Positions 1 to 14,500 of a stretch of DNA of 64,000 nt are shown one piece after another. The notes under the pieces were generated by a model. The model was not told the DNA's origin. It ran no database searches and saw only the letters and a list, made by a program, of their open reading frames with translations. Position 1 is the stretch's first letter, and each line of letters starts with the position of its first letter. The position numbers and the translations under genes were made by a program. The DNA is from Tubiluchus corallicola (lineage: Eukaryota > Animalia > Priapulida), in NCBI GenBank assembly GCA_030141605.1, contig JAQGDQ010000422.1, forward strand, positions 1 through 64,000, read 5' to 3'.

Positions 1-504
1 TATTGAATTAAAGTGTTTTGAATTTAAATTGAATTGTCACTAGATTTTTGGAGAACCACAATTCTGAATAAAAGAAACGGTTCAACAACTGCTGATGAAA
101 ATAGAGTAGATTCCACCAAATTCGTCATCAGACGCAAAACAAGAAACAAAACAAAGTTCAAAAACCTTTTGATAATGAAATGATAAATTAAGTAATATTT
201 CAATTGTCGTTTGTGTCTTGCTTTTTTAGTATCAATCGAACTGAACTAAACTGAAAAGTGTAAGAAACTGAATTGAGTTGAATTGCACTGAGTAAAAAAG
301 TTTTATGAACTAAACTGTATTGAACTGAATCAAAAAGTGTAATGAATTTAGTTCAACTACAAAATGTAATGAATTAAATTGAATTGAACTGAAATGAACC
401 GAACTGAATTAAACTGAACTACAAAGTATAATGAATTGAACTGAGTTTACGTAAAATGAAGTGAAGTGAATTGAACCGAAACAAGAAGTGTAATGAACTG
501 AGTT

Positions 505-2275
505 GAATTGAACTAAATTGAACTGAACTAAAAATGTAGTGAAATGAATAGAATAGCATTGATTTGAATTGAACTGAACTAAAAAGTGCAGTGAAATAAA
601 TAGAATTGAGTTGATTTGAATTGAACTGAACTAAAAAGTGCAGTGAAATAAATGAAATTGAATTGATTTGAATTGAACTGAACTAAAAAGTGTAGTGAAA
701 TAAATAGAATAGAATTGATTTGAATTGAACTGAATTAAAAAGTGCAGTGAAATGAATGAAATTGAATTCATTTGAATTGAACTGAACTAAAAAGTGTAGT
801 GAAATAAATAGAATAGAATTGATTTGAATTGAACTGAATTAAAAAGTGCAGTGAAATAAATAGAATTGAATTGATTTGAATTGAACTGAACTAAATAATG
901 CAGTGAAATGAATAGAATAGCATTGATTTGAATTGAACTGAATTAAAAATTCAGTGAAATGAATAGAATAGAATTGATTTGAATTGAACTGAATTAAAAA
1001 GTGCAGTGAAATAAATAGAATTGAATTGATTTGTATTGAATTGAACTAAAAAGTGCAGTGAAATAAATAGAATTGAATTGATTTGAATTGAACTGAACTA
1101 AATAATGCTGTGAAATGAATAGAATAGCATTGATTTGAATTGAACTGAATTAAAAATTCAGTGAAATGAATAGAATAGCATTGATTTGAATTGAACTGAA
1201 CTAAATAATGCAGTGAAATGAATAGAATAGCATTGATTTGAATTGAACTGAATTAAAAATTCAGTGAAATGAATAGAATAGAATTGATTTGAATTGAACT
1301 GAATTAAAAAGTGCAGTGAAATAAATAGAATAGAATTGATTTGAATTGAACTGAATTAAAAAGTGCAGTGAATTAAATAGAATTGAATTGATTTGAATTG
1401 AACTGAACTAAATAATGCTGTGAAATGAATAGAATAGCATTGATTTGAATTGAACTGAATTAAAAATTCAGTGAAATGAATAGAATAGCATTGATTTGAA
1501 TTGAACTGAACTAAATAATGCTGTGAAATGAATAGAATAGCATTGATTTGAATTGAACTGAATTAAAAATTCAGTGAAATGAATAGAATAGAATTGATTT
1601 GAATTGAACTGAATTAAAAAGTGTAGTGAAATAAATAGAATTGAATTGATTTGAATTGAACTGAACTAAATAATGCAGTGAAATGAATAGAATAGCATTG
1701 ATTTGAATTGAACTGAATTAAAAAGTGCAGTGAAATGAATAGAATAGAATTGATTTGAATTGAACTGAATTAAAAAGTGTAGTGAAATAAATAGAATTGA
1801 GTTGATTCGAATTGAACTGAACTAAAAAATGCAGTGAAATGAATAGAATAGCATTGATTTAAATTGAACTGAACTAAATAATGCTGTGAAATGAATAGAA
1901 CAGCATTGATTTGAATTGAACTGAACTAAAAAATGCAGTGAAATAAATAGAATAGCATTGATTTGAATTGAACTGAACTAAATAATGCAGTGAAATGAAT
2001 AGAACAGCATTGATTTGAATTGAACTGAATTAAAAATTCAGTGAAATGAATAGAATAGAATTGATTCGAATTGAACTGAACTAAATAATGCAGTGAAATG
2101 AATAGAATAGCATTGATTTGAATTGAACTGAACTAAAAAGTGTAGTGAAATGAATAGAATAGAATTGATTTGAATTGAACTGAACTAAAAAGTGCAGTGA
2201 AATAAATAGAATTGAATTGATTTGAATTGAACTGAACTAAAAAGTGTAGTGAAATAAATAGAATTGAACTGAACT
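505..2275. repeat. 52-bp minisatellite (~34 copies) built from GAATT/GAACT pentamers
   Basis: Unit GAATTGAACTGAACTAAAAAGTGCAGTGAAATAAATAGAATTGAATTGATTT; degenerate pentamer tract upstream at ~236-505. Confidence 0.95.
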
Positions 2276-2674
2276 TCGCTAAACAATGTAACGAACCGAA
2301 CCAGAATGAAACTGAGCTTAGCTAAACTGATCTGAATGAGACAGTCTGACAGTTAGCTAACCTTTATAACGTCACTAAATTTAGAACTAATCAATCTAAA
2401 AGCTGACCTGATGCGTGGGAGTGAAGCCAAAACCATTTGCGCAGACGTAGCGTGGTTTTACACGGGAATGGTTTTTTTACGACGCCGTTTATCCTTGAAG
2501 CCAGATCACTTTGATGCGGGGAGTTTGGTTTGCGCATGCGCGTTAGCGTTGCAAATTATGCCAAGCGTGCTAAGAGCATATTCTGTGTGTAAATTGAAGA
2601 AAATGCGTATGTTAGCCTTTGTTAACGAGTTGGTTAATATTACATTACGACTGAAAACGTTCACGGCATTTGTA

Positions 2675-2693
2675 GTGTTGTTGTTGTTGTTGC

Positions 2694-2738
<45 letters not shown>

Positions 2739-2929
2739 CGTCGTCGTCGTCGTTGTTGTTGTTGTTGTTGTCGTTGTTGTTGTTGTCTTTGTATCGGAAC
2801 AATATCTTTGTATAGCTAAAGGTCATATATCAATGCGAATATGTCAAAATGAACATTAAGTTATGATGATGACGATAATGACGATGATGACGATGATGAT
2901 GATGATGATAATGATGATGATGTTGTTGT

Positions 2930-2979
<50 letters not shown>

Positions 2980-3018
2980 ATGTTGTTGCTGTTGCTGTTG
3001 CTGTTGCTGCTGCCGCTG
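2675..3018. repeat. Trinucleotide microsatellites (TTG/TCG, GAT, TGC/TGT)
   Basis: Visible directly; source of the poly-L/N/Q ORFs. Confidence 0.95.
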
Positions 3019-3571
3019 CAAAAAAACAAAAATCAAATCACAATTGACGTCAGATATCACCCAAAACTCTAAGCTCAGTTTCAATGAGTGCACAAGTTTT
3101 TCCTGTTTAGGTCTGGGGGGGGGAGGCAAAGGAGGATTGCTACAAAATATAACAAATTTATTGTATGCATAGTCTACGTACTGACTAAGTGACTGATACC
3201 CATGGTCATACTGCTTTCACAGGAAGTATGCGTTTAGCCTGTAAGGCTTTTTGGAAGGTTGTATAAATATAAATGGCAGTATAAGTGACATTTTTAATTC
3301 ATCATATATTAGATACACCTCCTTCATTTTAAATGCTTGCATTGTAATAGCATTTTTATAATATTCCTTTTTTATTTCATTTATTACTTATTTTGCTCAT
3401 TTGCACCTTGTGTATTTTTAGCACTTGTATGTTTACTTGTATTTCAGTATATAATTTCACTATAATTTTGTGGCACCCGTGTACTGAATTAAAAATAAAA
3501 TTCGAAAATTCTAAATAGTTTCTTGTTTAATATGATCGGAATAATGTGTTTTTTTCTTTTTGGGTCACCAG

Positions 3572-3715
3572 GTACTTGGATCACAACAACATTACTCACG
3601 TAGACGACTACGCTTTCAGGAATAATGGTTTGCTCAACACTCTGACTCTAAGCGTCAATCCCATATTCAATGTCAGTAGGAACGCTTTCTCTAATCTTCC
3701 CAACCTTAAGAAACT
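3572..3715 (+). CDS. rk: Type-B LGR (rickets-like) LRR exon, 144 nt, two LRRs
   Basis: Polypyrimidine tract and cag acceptor, gtaagt donor; YLDHNNITHVDDYAFRNNGLLNTLTLSVNPIFNVSRNAFSNLPNLKKL; phase 2-2 as typical of LRR exons. Confidence 0.9.
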
Positions 3716-6700
3716 GTAAGTACAGGCAGCTCCGCGTTTACGTAATCAGCCTTTTCACAGTTTTGTTGTGCGCACGCGCAGTTGCTGTAGGTCAAAGGTT
3801 AAGTGTACCTCAGCAACGCATGTCGACTACAACCGTCACGAGAGATTTAGGTAAAGCAAGGCGCTCAGCCGCATCAGTTAAGTAATGTCCGTTGCTTTAC
3901 GTGGACTTTACTTAATTATGCATTCATCTGTGCGTAGAGTGATTTACTAACAAGATCTTACTTGGGGACAAGAAAAAAATGAACTAGGTGAGGTTCTAGC
4001 TAGCTGTTAAAACTGTTACTATTACAATAGCATGGGCTGCGAGGCATTCTCAAGTGTACTGTAACGTCCATTTCAGCTTCCCACATAAACGGACTTGTGC
4101 AGTGGCTTGCGTCATGTGAGTGTGGTGTTTGTTCAGTTGGTCTGTCAGTTGGTTGGTCATCTCGGTTGCAGAGTTAGGAAAGAAAACACAAACTCTACTC
4201 ATTTTTGGCCCTTCTATGCTGTGCATATCATTATGTATTCTACCTTTTGTTCAAATGTGGAAGTAAAATACCATTAGCATTAAAAAGATCTTTTCTATAG
4301 CCTATAAACCATAATGGCCACTAGCTAAGGTTAGTAAGTACTGCGGGAGGGCCAGTTTAATCGCTTGTAATGATAGCTGTAGGAAGCCAGCGTATACATA
4401 TGCCTACGTCTACTCTCACAGGTATCGAAAAGAGGTCAGCAATTTTATTCCAGGTACGGCACGTAGACTGATATGACGTGCAAGTAATATTGTCCACGTA
4501 GTCAGTTATATTGTATGGTGACTTTGTTCATGAGGTCTGAAACCATTGGACAACTGAGTGGGCAGATGTTTTTGGTGGTAGAGATTTCCACGAAGTTTGG
4601 TGACAATTAAGACTTTGTCTCATTGCTGTGATCGTATTGTTGGGAAGTGCTGTGGGCGTACCGACAAACCGTTGACAGGCGGATCCATGTTTGAGGTGAC
4701 GAGGCACCCCCAGTACGGTAACAACCCAGAGACAGTAAGTTGCACGATTTAGTATTTGCTTATCTGATGTTAGCAGTTGCGTGGAAGTTGGACTTAACCT
4801 CCTTGCTATTCGAGAAATTGGTAGTGATAGTAATAGACACTGAGCTGCAACCTCATCATAGAGGCGCCCCACGTTAAACTTGGTACTACGCAACCTCCAT
4901 GGTGAGATAATGCCGGTTGATCATCGTAGCGCTAGCGAGGACTACATCATTTGGGGTGGAATGTAGTTAGGTAAATAGGTACTCCTTTTAGTTAGGTTTA
5001 GCTGTTGTGCATTATTTGCCAATTTATTTGTTTGTTTATCGACTTGATAGTGTAAGTCTACTGTAAGTAGATACCGTAATATTTAGCACATTCAAACGTA
5101 GTTAAATTAGTGCTTGACTAATGATAGTGTTTTTTATACATTTTTTATTTGTTTGCTTAATAATTATTTCTACAATATTTATGCAATTGATTGTTTGTGC
5201 ATTAGTTGCCTACACATCGTCGTTTGCATTATCACAGTGAGTACAACAGGTTACTCCAAGCAAAGTAAACTGCACATCCCACACCCGAACCACTCTGCTC
5301 AATAGACAGGCCCCCCGTAGACTGCCTATAAGCTCGCCACTGTCTGGAGCTAACGGGTAGATGATTGGTCGCCCCTTTCTTTAGCTCGGTCAGGCCAGTC
5401 AAATTGTTACCCCAGCGACTACCTTCGATCAAACAAACTACCCCCAGACGTCAGATCGTTACAGTACACAAATACGTTGTCTGGTACATTTAACCTTTGA
5501 CCTTTTCATGATCATCATCAATTGCTTGATTTTTGAAAAGGCTTATTAGTAATAGCGTTAAAATTTTGTAATTCGTTTGTATTTTACTCATTAATTATGC
5601 GAATCCGTTTGTTAATTGATAGTTTAAATGATCCTCGGTAGAAAAACGCCTGGTGCAGAATGTATATTAAAGCACTTTAGCCAACAAACTGACTGTCTTC
5701 CAACTGAGAAAGCTCGTCCTTATATACCCCAATTCTGAGGCTAAACTTAATTAACTTATGTCACACATTTAATACTATCTATCCTTATTGTATGAGCCTC
5801 TGCTGACCTGGCAGCAGAGTAACGTCCTCTGCTGCCTTGCCACCGTGGAGAAGGGCTTCTAAGTTGCTGTTGATTGGCCTTTAGGACACTATATATGAAA
5901 TGGATACAGAACACCAGTTTAACGTGTTGACCAAAAGTTTCTTTATTCTGAAATACAATTAATAACATTTAGCTTAATTTACATTGAGTAGAAAAAAATT
6001 AGTTGCATGATTAAATGTATTGCTATAACTAAGTACTGATATAGAAATTATGTAGACTATATTAAAATTAATTAATAATAACTTACGTTGTTAGAGCCTT
6101 TAACAGTTACAAAGACACGAATGAGAACTCCAACTAGCCTTAAAAACAACAATATCACAACAATAAATTCGTAAGAAATTCGTATATTCGGCATATAGTC
6201 ATAATGCCTATGAAAAATAGAGCAATGGCGGAGAGAACCAAAAGACGGGTAAAATGTCATGCAACTACTATAGCTATAGCTCACGAAAGGCCAAAATGGT
6301 AATGTAATGAAGGATATTAGGTGCTTCAATTTTAAAAGAGTGACTACTGTAAAAAGCTAAATGCCTACTAAATAACCAAACAGGTGGCAGCACCGTGGCA
6401 GTAATTGAAAACTAAATTAAAACCAAAAAAGGGCCTATGCACCCACTATAATATAATATAATACACAATATAAGACACATCCTAATACACATCTGATTGG
6501 CTAGAGTAACAGCTTCTAGCATGCTTCCTGTGGTAAGATCAGTGACTCCTGACTCTTAAGTATTATAATCTCACGCCAGCAAAGAGTTCACAGAAAGTCA
6601 CTCTTTACAAAATGGCGTATGTTCCTAAACACAGATGCAAACAGCCAAGCAGACTATACAGAGCATTTAGATAAGTGTGGACAGATAAATGAGTTTACAA

Positions 6701-6734
6701 TATTGAAATGCTTGCTCTGTTACCTCACCGCCCA

Positions 6735-6872
6735 AGTCGTCGTTTTTCTACTCGTCGTCGTCATCGTCATCATCGTCGTCGTCATCGTCATCATCATCGT
6801 CATCATCGTCGTCATCATCGTCGTCGTCGTCGTCGTCTCCATCGTCGTCGTCATCGTCGTCGTCGACTTCGT
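6735..6872. repeat. (TCG/TCA)n microsatellite
   Basis: Visible directly. Confidence 0.9.
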
Positions 6873-6879
6873 CATAAGG

Positions 6880-7140
6880 CTGCGAAGTTGTGGTTGTGAT
6901 TATCATTTTGAAAACTCAGAACATTTCTTCCTAGAATGCCCATGTTATTATCAAGGGAAAGATGATCCGTTCAATCAATGAATTAACAAATTATTACCAC
7001 TAAATATCATTTTTTTACAAATAAGAAATAGCAACTGCTGTCATTGTATCTTTGTGGAAGTGGCGATTTTAATGCTGCTGTTAACTGTAAAACTTTTATT
7101 GCTTTAAAAATTAAATTAGGAATTCTAAACGTTTTAACGT
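6880..7140 (+). mobile_element. Degenerate non-LTR retrotransposon ORF2 C-terminus (CCHC knuckle)
   Basis: SCGCDYHFENSEHFFLECPCY followed, with frameshifts, by LCGSGDFNAAVNCKTF and RNSKRFN, resembling LINE ORF2 ends. Confidence 0.55.
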
Positions 7141-7264
7141 GATCAGACCTCAGGACCTTTTATGTATTTATGTTATATTTTAAGACAGTCATTGTTATTA
7201 TTCTTTTATTATTCATTGTGTCACATCAGCTAACTTTGTACGTATGTGTTTTTGTCTATATATA

Positions 7265-7301
<37 letters not shown>

Positions 7302-7460
7302 GCGTGTGTGCGTGCGCGTGCATGTGCACGTGTATGTATATGTATATCCATTTGTGTTTGTCTGTATTTTTATTATCTGCTCTTCTGCCTGTACCTACAC
7401 TTACAAGGTGACGATTCACGTATCAGTTTTAAGAATTCTCTAATGTGAATCAAATGAACT

Positions 7461-8046
7461 ATGAAGCAAAACCCGACTCAATCTTAAACTGTAGGTCAGA
7501 ACAACCTACTCTTTAAAATATTGAAAGGAAACAAGCCATTTTTTCAAGAATGTCTTACGTGAAAGAATTATCACCACACACGCATGATTTCACGTTCGCG
7601 CTACTAGTTCTTCGCTGTTACATGCATTTCGCCATTCGCTAGTTAGACGGGCACTGGCGCCTGCATTTCAGCAACGCATCACACAAAAAAAGGTGCTGTA
7701 CCTCTCACTTGAGCTGACGTTCGACAGCTCATGCGAGAGCACAACGGTAAATTTGAAATTTGAATTTTTATCTTAAAACGTGTTTAGTTTTAGTACAGCA
7801 GCACTGTACTTCAATTTTCCCTTTCGCAAAGACGTGCAACACGCTCGTGGAATATTTGTCTCTTGAAAACTATGTTAGTTTGTGATGTTGCCAATAGTTC
7901 GGCTCACCCGCGGTTAATTGAGTTTTTAATCTATTAATTAATTATCAGAAACACTTTTGCAGTACTAATTGTATTAAAATGTATACTTTTCATCGTACTT
8001 GACCATGGGGAGGCATCCTATTTAAAATCATCCTGTCTTCCTTTAA
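7461..8046 (+). mobile_element. Kolobok-type non-autonomous DNA transposon, family A, copy 1
   Basis: Homologous along its length to 14501-14905, 49281-49907 and 60080-60665; ends TCCTGTCTTCCT-TTAA. Confidence 0.75.
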
Positions 8047-8520
8047 ACTAAATGTGGCTTGTGTGATATTTTCTTGGCTTTTGTCATGCGGCGTTTATTA
8101 CTAGGTTGTGCAACGTGATTTTACCGTAGTGAAATTACCGTAAATAAGTTTCACGCGCCGAACTGTGGGCGAATGATACTTCTAATGCCCGAGGTAATCC
8201 TCCCCCCCCCCCAAAGCTTTTACACTCATCGGTTTGTTGCCTCATTTTACATGTTGCAAAATCGTGTTGTCAGTCGGATAAGTTTGGATAGGTCAGGCTT
8301 GGATAAGTTTCGAACCGACTTTGCAAAATCCTTAATCTTTGAATTGCAAACATTGTTCTTGTCGTATAGTTTTGCATTTTATGCTAGTGGTATTTTCTGC
8401 CGAATTCACAGTAACATTAAGTTAATAGCGGTGGAATTTGGAAAATCTTTGCGAGGAATTTTAGCTTTTCCTCTACGACTCCCATTCATATATGACACGG
8501 CAACCGAAACTGTATCATTT

Positions 8521-9513
8521 GTACGATGTACAAAGTTCATTTACGATGTACAAAGTTCATGTACGATGTACAAAGTTCATGTACGATGTACAAAGTTCAT
8601 TTACGATGTACAATGTTTATTTACGATGTACAAAGTTCATTTACGATGTACAAAGTTCATTTACGATGTACAAAGTTCATTTACGATGTACAAAGTTCAT
8701 TTACGATGTACAAAGTTCATTTACGATGTACAAAGTTCATTTACGATGTACAAAGTTCATTTACGATGTACAAAGTTCATTTACGATGTACAATGTTTAT
8801 TTACGATGTACAAAGTTCATTTACGATGTACAATGTTTATTTACGATGTACAAAGTTCATTTACGATGTACAAAGTTCATTTACGATGTACAAAGTTCAT
8901 TTACGATGTACAATGTTTATTTACGATGTGCAAAGTTCATTTACGATGTACAATGTTTATTTACGATGTACAAAGTTCATTTACGATGTACAATGTTTAT
9001 TTACGATGTACAAAGTTCATTTACGATGTACAAAGTTCATTTACGATGTACAAAGTTCATTTACGATGTACAATGTTGATTTACGATGTACAAAGTTCAT
9101 TTACGATGTACAAAGTTCATTTACGATGTACAAAGTTCACTTACGATGTACAATGTTTATTTACGATGTACAAGGTTCATTTACGATATACAATGTTTAT
9201 TTACGATGTACAAAGTTCATTTACGATGTACAATGTTTATTTACGATGTACAATGTTTATTCACGATGTACAAAGTTCATTTACGATGTACAAAGTTCAT
9301 TTACGATGTATAAAGTTCATTTACGATGTACAATGTTTATTTACGATGTACAAAGTTCATTTACGATGTACAAAGTTCATTTACGATGTACAAAGTTCAT
9401 TTACGATGTACAATGTTTATTTACGATGTACAAAGCTCATTTACGATGTACAAAGTTCATTTACGATGTACAAAGTTCATTTACGATGTACAAAGTTCAC
9501 TTACGATGTACAA
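8521..9513. repeat. 20-bp minisatellite TTACGATGTACAAAGTTCAT (~50 copies)
   Basis: Visible directly; two main unit variants (AAGTTCAT, ATGTTTAT). Confidence 0.97.
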
Positions 9514-10182
9514 ACGCCTCAGACACACTAATAACGAAATTCTCTTGTCACTGAATATTCTCAGTGATTATTCAAGTATAACAACACTAGGAGAACATAG
9601 AACTTTTTCCGAAAGTAAAGAAATTGCTTTAAATTAAACCGTAGAAGGAAAACTAAATTATGAAATCTACTGGTCTTATCAACGTGAGTTAATTATTGAA
9701 GGTTTCACTCGAAATGAACTAAATGAAATGCTTTTATATTTACTACCTAACAAATTTAAAATTGTATATATTGTTGTGATGGTCCCGCATGGTAATGTAG
9801 GGAATCACTAGCCTAACAACCGTGCACATTATTTGTTTACATTCATAAGCTAGGCTGATGATGAAGAGTTAAAATTCACTTTTCTTTTGCATTTTTAATT
9901 TAATTTGATGTTCTACAAAATCGCATTTTGATCTCATAAATTACTGCCCCTGGTAGCTAGGTCACTTGGGTGGGTACACGAGTATTCCGTCGTAGAGGAA
10001 GAACCTTAAAGTTAAATCACTGAAGCCAGACGTTCACGTGAGCAGTGTGACCTGGATTTTTTTTACCTGCCGATTCTATGCCACGTAACAGTAGAGAGTG
10101 GTTTTGCCTGTGTTAAACGGAGGTACGTCTACACGTTAAGTACCTTCCGTCTTGTATCCTGTCTCCGTTTGATGTCAAGAAA

Positions 10183-10923
10183 TGTGATGTGGTCCCCGAG
10201 TTCTGTTTCAAGGTTCACGGATGTGATGTGGTCCCCGAGTTCTGGTTCAAGTTTCATGGACCCGAGGAGCTTGTATCCTGTCTCAGTTTGATGTCAAAAC
10301 ATGTGATGTGGTCCCCGAGTTCTGGTTCAAGGTTCACAGATGTGATGTGGTCCCCGAGTTTTGGTTCAAGGTTCACAGATGTGATGTGGTCCTCGAGTTC
10401 TGGTTCAAGTTTCACAGATGTGATGTGGTCCCCGAGTTCTGGTTCAAGTTTCACAGATGTGATGTGGTCCTCGAGTTCTGGTTCAAGTTTCACGGATGTG
10501 ATGTGGTCCCCGAGTTCTGGTTCAAGTTTCACAGATGTGATGTGGTCCTCGGGTTCTGGTTCAAGTTTCACAGATGTGATGTGGTCCTCGAGTTCTGGTT
10601 CAAGTTTCACAGATGTGATGTGGTCCCCGAGTTTTGGTTCAAGTTTCACGGATGTGATGTGGTCCCCGAGTTCTGGTTCAAGGTTCACGGATGTGATGTG
10701 GTCCCCGAGTTCTGGTTCAAGGTTCACGGATGTGATGTGGTCCCCGTGTTCTGGTTCAAGATTCACGGATGTGATGTGGTCCCCGAGTTCTGGTTCAAGG
10801 TTCACGGATGTGATGTGGTCCCCGAGTTCTGGTTCAAGGTTCACAGATGTGATGTGGTCCCCGAGTTCTGGTTCAAGGTTCACAGATGTGATGTGGTCCC
10901 CGAGTTCTGGTTCAAGGTTCACG
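10183..10923. repeat. 39-bp minisatellite (~18 copies)
   Basis: Unit ATGTGATGTGGTCCCCGAGTTCTGGTTCAAGGTTCACRG. Confidence 0.95.
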
Positions 10924-11015
10924 AGACGTCAGCATATCACAGAAAGACGTAATGGTATACTTCTACTTATGTTATTACTCTCGTAAATCACCAACTGCTA
11001 ATTGCCATTTGTTGG

Positions 11016-12056
11016 GTTAACACCTCAGGGATGGTAGACTGTAAAGTGGTTAGTTTCACCTGAGGAGTGTGATAGCTGTTAACACCACAGGGATGGTAGA
11101 CTGTAAAGTGGTCAGTTTCACTTGAGGAGTGTGATAGCTGTTAACACCACAGGGATGGTAGACTGTAAAGTGGTCAGTTTCACTTGAGGAGTGTGATAGC
11201 TGTTAACACCACAGGGATGGTAGACTGTAAAGTGGTCAGTTTCACCTGAGGAGTGTGATAGCTGTTAACACCACAGGGATGGTAGACTGTAAAGTGGTCA
11301 GTTTCACCTGAGGAGTGTGATAGCTGTTAACACCATGGGATGGTAGACTGTAAAGTGGTCAGTTTCACCTGAGGAGTGTGATAGCTGTTAACACCATGGG
11401 ATGGTAGACTGTAAAGTGGTCAGTTTCACCTGAGGAGTGTGATAGCTGTTAACACACAGGGATGGTAGACTGTAAAGTGGTCAGTTTCACCTGAGGAGTG
11501 TGATAGCTGTTAACACCATGGGGATGGTAGACTGTAAAGTGGTCAGTTTCACTTGAGGAGTGTGATAGCTGTTAACACCATGGGATGGTAGACTGTAAAG
11601 TGGTCAGTTTCACTTGAGGAGTGTGATAGCTGTTAACACCATGGGATGGTAGACTGTAAAGTGGTCAGTTTCACTTGAGGAGTGTGATAGCTGTTAACAC
11701 CATGGGATGGTAGACTGTAAAGTGGTCAGTTTCACTTGAGGAGTGTGATAGCTGTTAACACCATGGGATGGTAGACTGTAAAGTGGTCAGTTTCACCTGA
11801 GGAGTGTGATAGCTGTTAACACCATGGGATGGTAGACTGTAAAGTGGTCAGTTTCACCTGAGGAGTGTGATAGCTGTTAACACCATGGGATGGTAGACTG
11901 TAAAGTGGTCAGTTTCACCTGAGGAGTGTGATAGCTGTTAACACCATGGGATGGTAGACTGTAAAGTGGTCAGTTTCACCTGAGGAGTGTGATAGCTGTT
12001 AACACCACAGGGATGGTAGACTGTAAAGTGGTCAGTTTCACTTGAGGAGTGTGATG
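11016..12056. repeat. 61-62-bp minisatellite (~17 copies)
   Basis: Unit GTTAACACCATGGGATGGTAGACTGTAAAGTGGTCAGTTTCACCTGAGGAGTGTGATAGCT. Confidence 0.95.
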
Positions 12057-13026
12057 ACTGTTTCCATCGTCGTATGGGGTTCCTATTATCTTCACGTAGA
12101 CGTTAAATTGTTTACCTTGTTAAGAACGTCGTCTGTGCGACACTGTCATGCAAGAAATCTGTAAGCTGTGACTGTCAGTGTGGACTGTTGTACCGCCAAT
12201 GAACACTCAGCAAAACCCAGGTAGATCGCCAGTATTCTGGGAAAGGTTTTTCCTTTTTTTGTACAATGATACTCATTGTCATTTTTTTTGAATATTTGGA
12301 ATCTTATTAAATTCGTTGTAACATGTCTTTACTTGTTTATTGAGAGTCGGATAAAATGTCGTTAACCAATGAAAAGAAAACAACCCGAGTGTTTAGGAAA
12401 ACTACGAACAAAGTATTTATTCCCATGAACATTTCATGAACATATCTTAAAATTAGCATAAATAATTAGCATACACCTTTCGGCACACGCTACGTCAAAA
12501 GGTGGTTTTCAGGTACCTGTGGCCCTTCTTACCCGAACCATCACAATTGTATGATTCTTTGTACATATTTCTATTATTACTAATTATCTGTATTCATCTC
12601 TGTATTGTATATGGCATTAATTTGCGAAATAAATCATATATATATATATATATGTCTCTTTCTCTCTCTCTCTCTATGTATATATATATTGAAGCTTTAT
12701 AGCTACGAAAGGTCTGATTGGTTTCTAGACGCCATCAACAGACCCTAAACGAGCACATAGATTCACCTTAATTCAATCTTGGCAGACATCTTGTAATGAC
12801 CAGTTTAGTATGTGTCTTCGTATATGTAATTAGATATTGTTATTATTATTATTGCCATTTAACATTGTTGTGTCACGTGATTTTTTTTCGCTGAAGTAAT
12901 TTTTTGTGAGAGTTCAGCAGGTTTAGTTTAGACTGAATAAAATTGCTATTTATAGCCGTTCTGTGTAAGAAACCAGTTTAGTTATGTGGATAGATGGAAA
13001 CTAGGGTAAACTTGTAGCAGAGGTAT

Positions 13027-14345
13027 TGTTATGAATAAAATTTAGAATATGAATTTCAGTGGATATTAATTGGGATTATCAGGTAAATTAGATTATGATG
13101 ATAAAATCACTCCTTCCTGAGTTTGATATGGAAATTCATATAATTTGTTTATAAAGGGACTCACCCAGCTTGTAGCTTGAATTTAATGAGTTCGAGAGTT
13201 CGAAATCGACAAGCAGAGATGTCACAGAGTAGTGAAACAGGCAGGTGTAAAATTCAAAGAGATGCCGCTTGTTAACAGCGTGCATACCAATTAGTGAACA
13301 AGAGAATAAGGCCAGTACTGACCATTTGTCGAGTTGCGAGTCAAGAAATCATTTTGTGCAAACACAGTAGCAGCAATTATTGATCATAAAGTAGCTAGCA
13401 AAACATTATGCACTGTCCAGGAGGTAAGATTGCGACTTCTGGGGTATTAAATCACCAGAGATCAAGACCTCAGTGGTCAATGCACAATAGAGCTTTTGCT
13501 TTATAAGCTTGGTAAAAAGTTCAATCGCGCACACACAACGAGGGAGTGAGGAACATACCCACATCTAGCAAGAGAGGAGGACAGTGGTTGCCGTGATATT
13601 GTTGTTGTGTCCGAGACAATGTGCAAGACGACAGAGTATCGTTAGCCCAGCGTGGTGATTCAACTGCGTACTTTGCGAAGTCAAAGCACTGATGCTGCGA
13701 AGTCTCGCAGAGGAACAAGGACCTGGCCAATAGAAATTGTAATTCCGCGAGTTAAGTGAATTTATTTTACTTATAGTAACTTGTACCTGATAACTGTTTG
13801 TATCAGTAACATAGTATTGGTTGTATAACTTAAGCACCTTCAGTGCAGTGTAGCAACTTAAGTAACAGTCTTAGTGAATAGTATCTCTTTGGAATTCAAG
13901 ATTATTTGTAAGCGCTCACCGGTGCATAGGAACAAATCCTGTATTGATTCGGAAGTTTATTCTAACGTGGAATTTGTAATTACAATAAACTATTCACCGA
14001 GTTAACTTAACTGCTGAGTTGTGTTGATATTTAATGCGTTACTTGTGGCTCATAATCGCAACACTATGATTCGAACCTGAACGATTTGCAGTGTACAGCT
14101 CATTGCGGAGCTAAGCTTGTAAACTTGAGGGGGGATAAAGATCTGACTCACAACGCAAGTTCGAGGTTACAGTTCTGTAGGACTAGATCATTGCCTTAGC
14201 GACTGAACTAAAGTCCTCGGAGTCGGGTTATTGATATACCGGCTTAATCAGTTACCTGGAAGCAATCTGTGTGCGAATCATCATCATTAATGCGATTAAT
14301 TGTTTAATTAATCAAGATCGCTCATTACAAAAAGGGTGGGTGATA
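13027..14345 (+). mobile_element. Solo LTR, probably Gypsy-type, copy 1
   Basis: Starts TGTTATGAAT, ends GTGATA (likely mutated CA); 4-bp TSD GTAT at 13023-13026 and 14346-14349; AATAAA near 13984; homologous to 38828-40190 on the other strand. Confidence 0.75.
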
Positions 14346-14500
14346 GTATGCGAATACAGGCTATCGGGCTTCAGTGTTATTGAAGCCAGTTTAGTGGGTG
14401 TTTTGGAGATCTTTGTCTGACATGTGAGGAAATACGACTTGGCTCACAGCAAGAGAGACATACTGTTAGAAATAATACTGTTGCCTGTGGCTTCCTTTTG

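Noticed and set aside
4440-4950. Coding-looking GC-balanced stretch including a 121-aa minus ORF
   Set aside because: No recognisable motif in the frames examined; probably decayed TE
8173-10986. Long overlapping ORFs over the 20-bp and 39-bp arrays
   Set aside because: Open in several frames because the units lack stops; no splice or domain support
10183-12056. CRISPR-like regular repeats
   Set aside because: Head-to-tail units with no unique spacers, no cas genes, eukaryotic context
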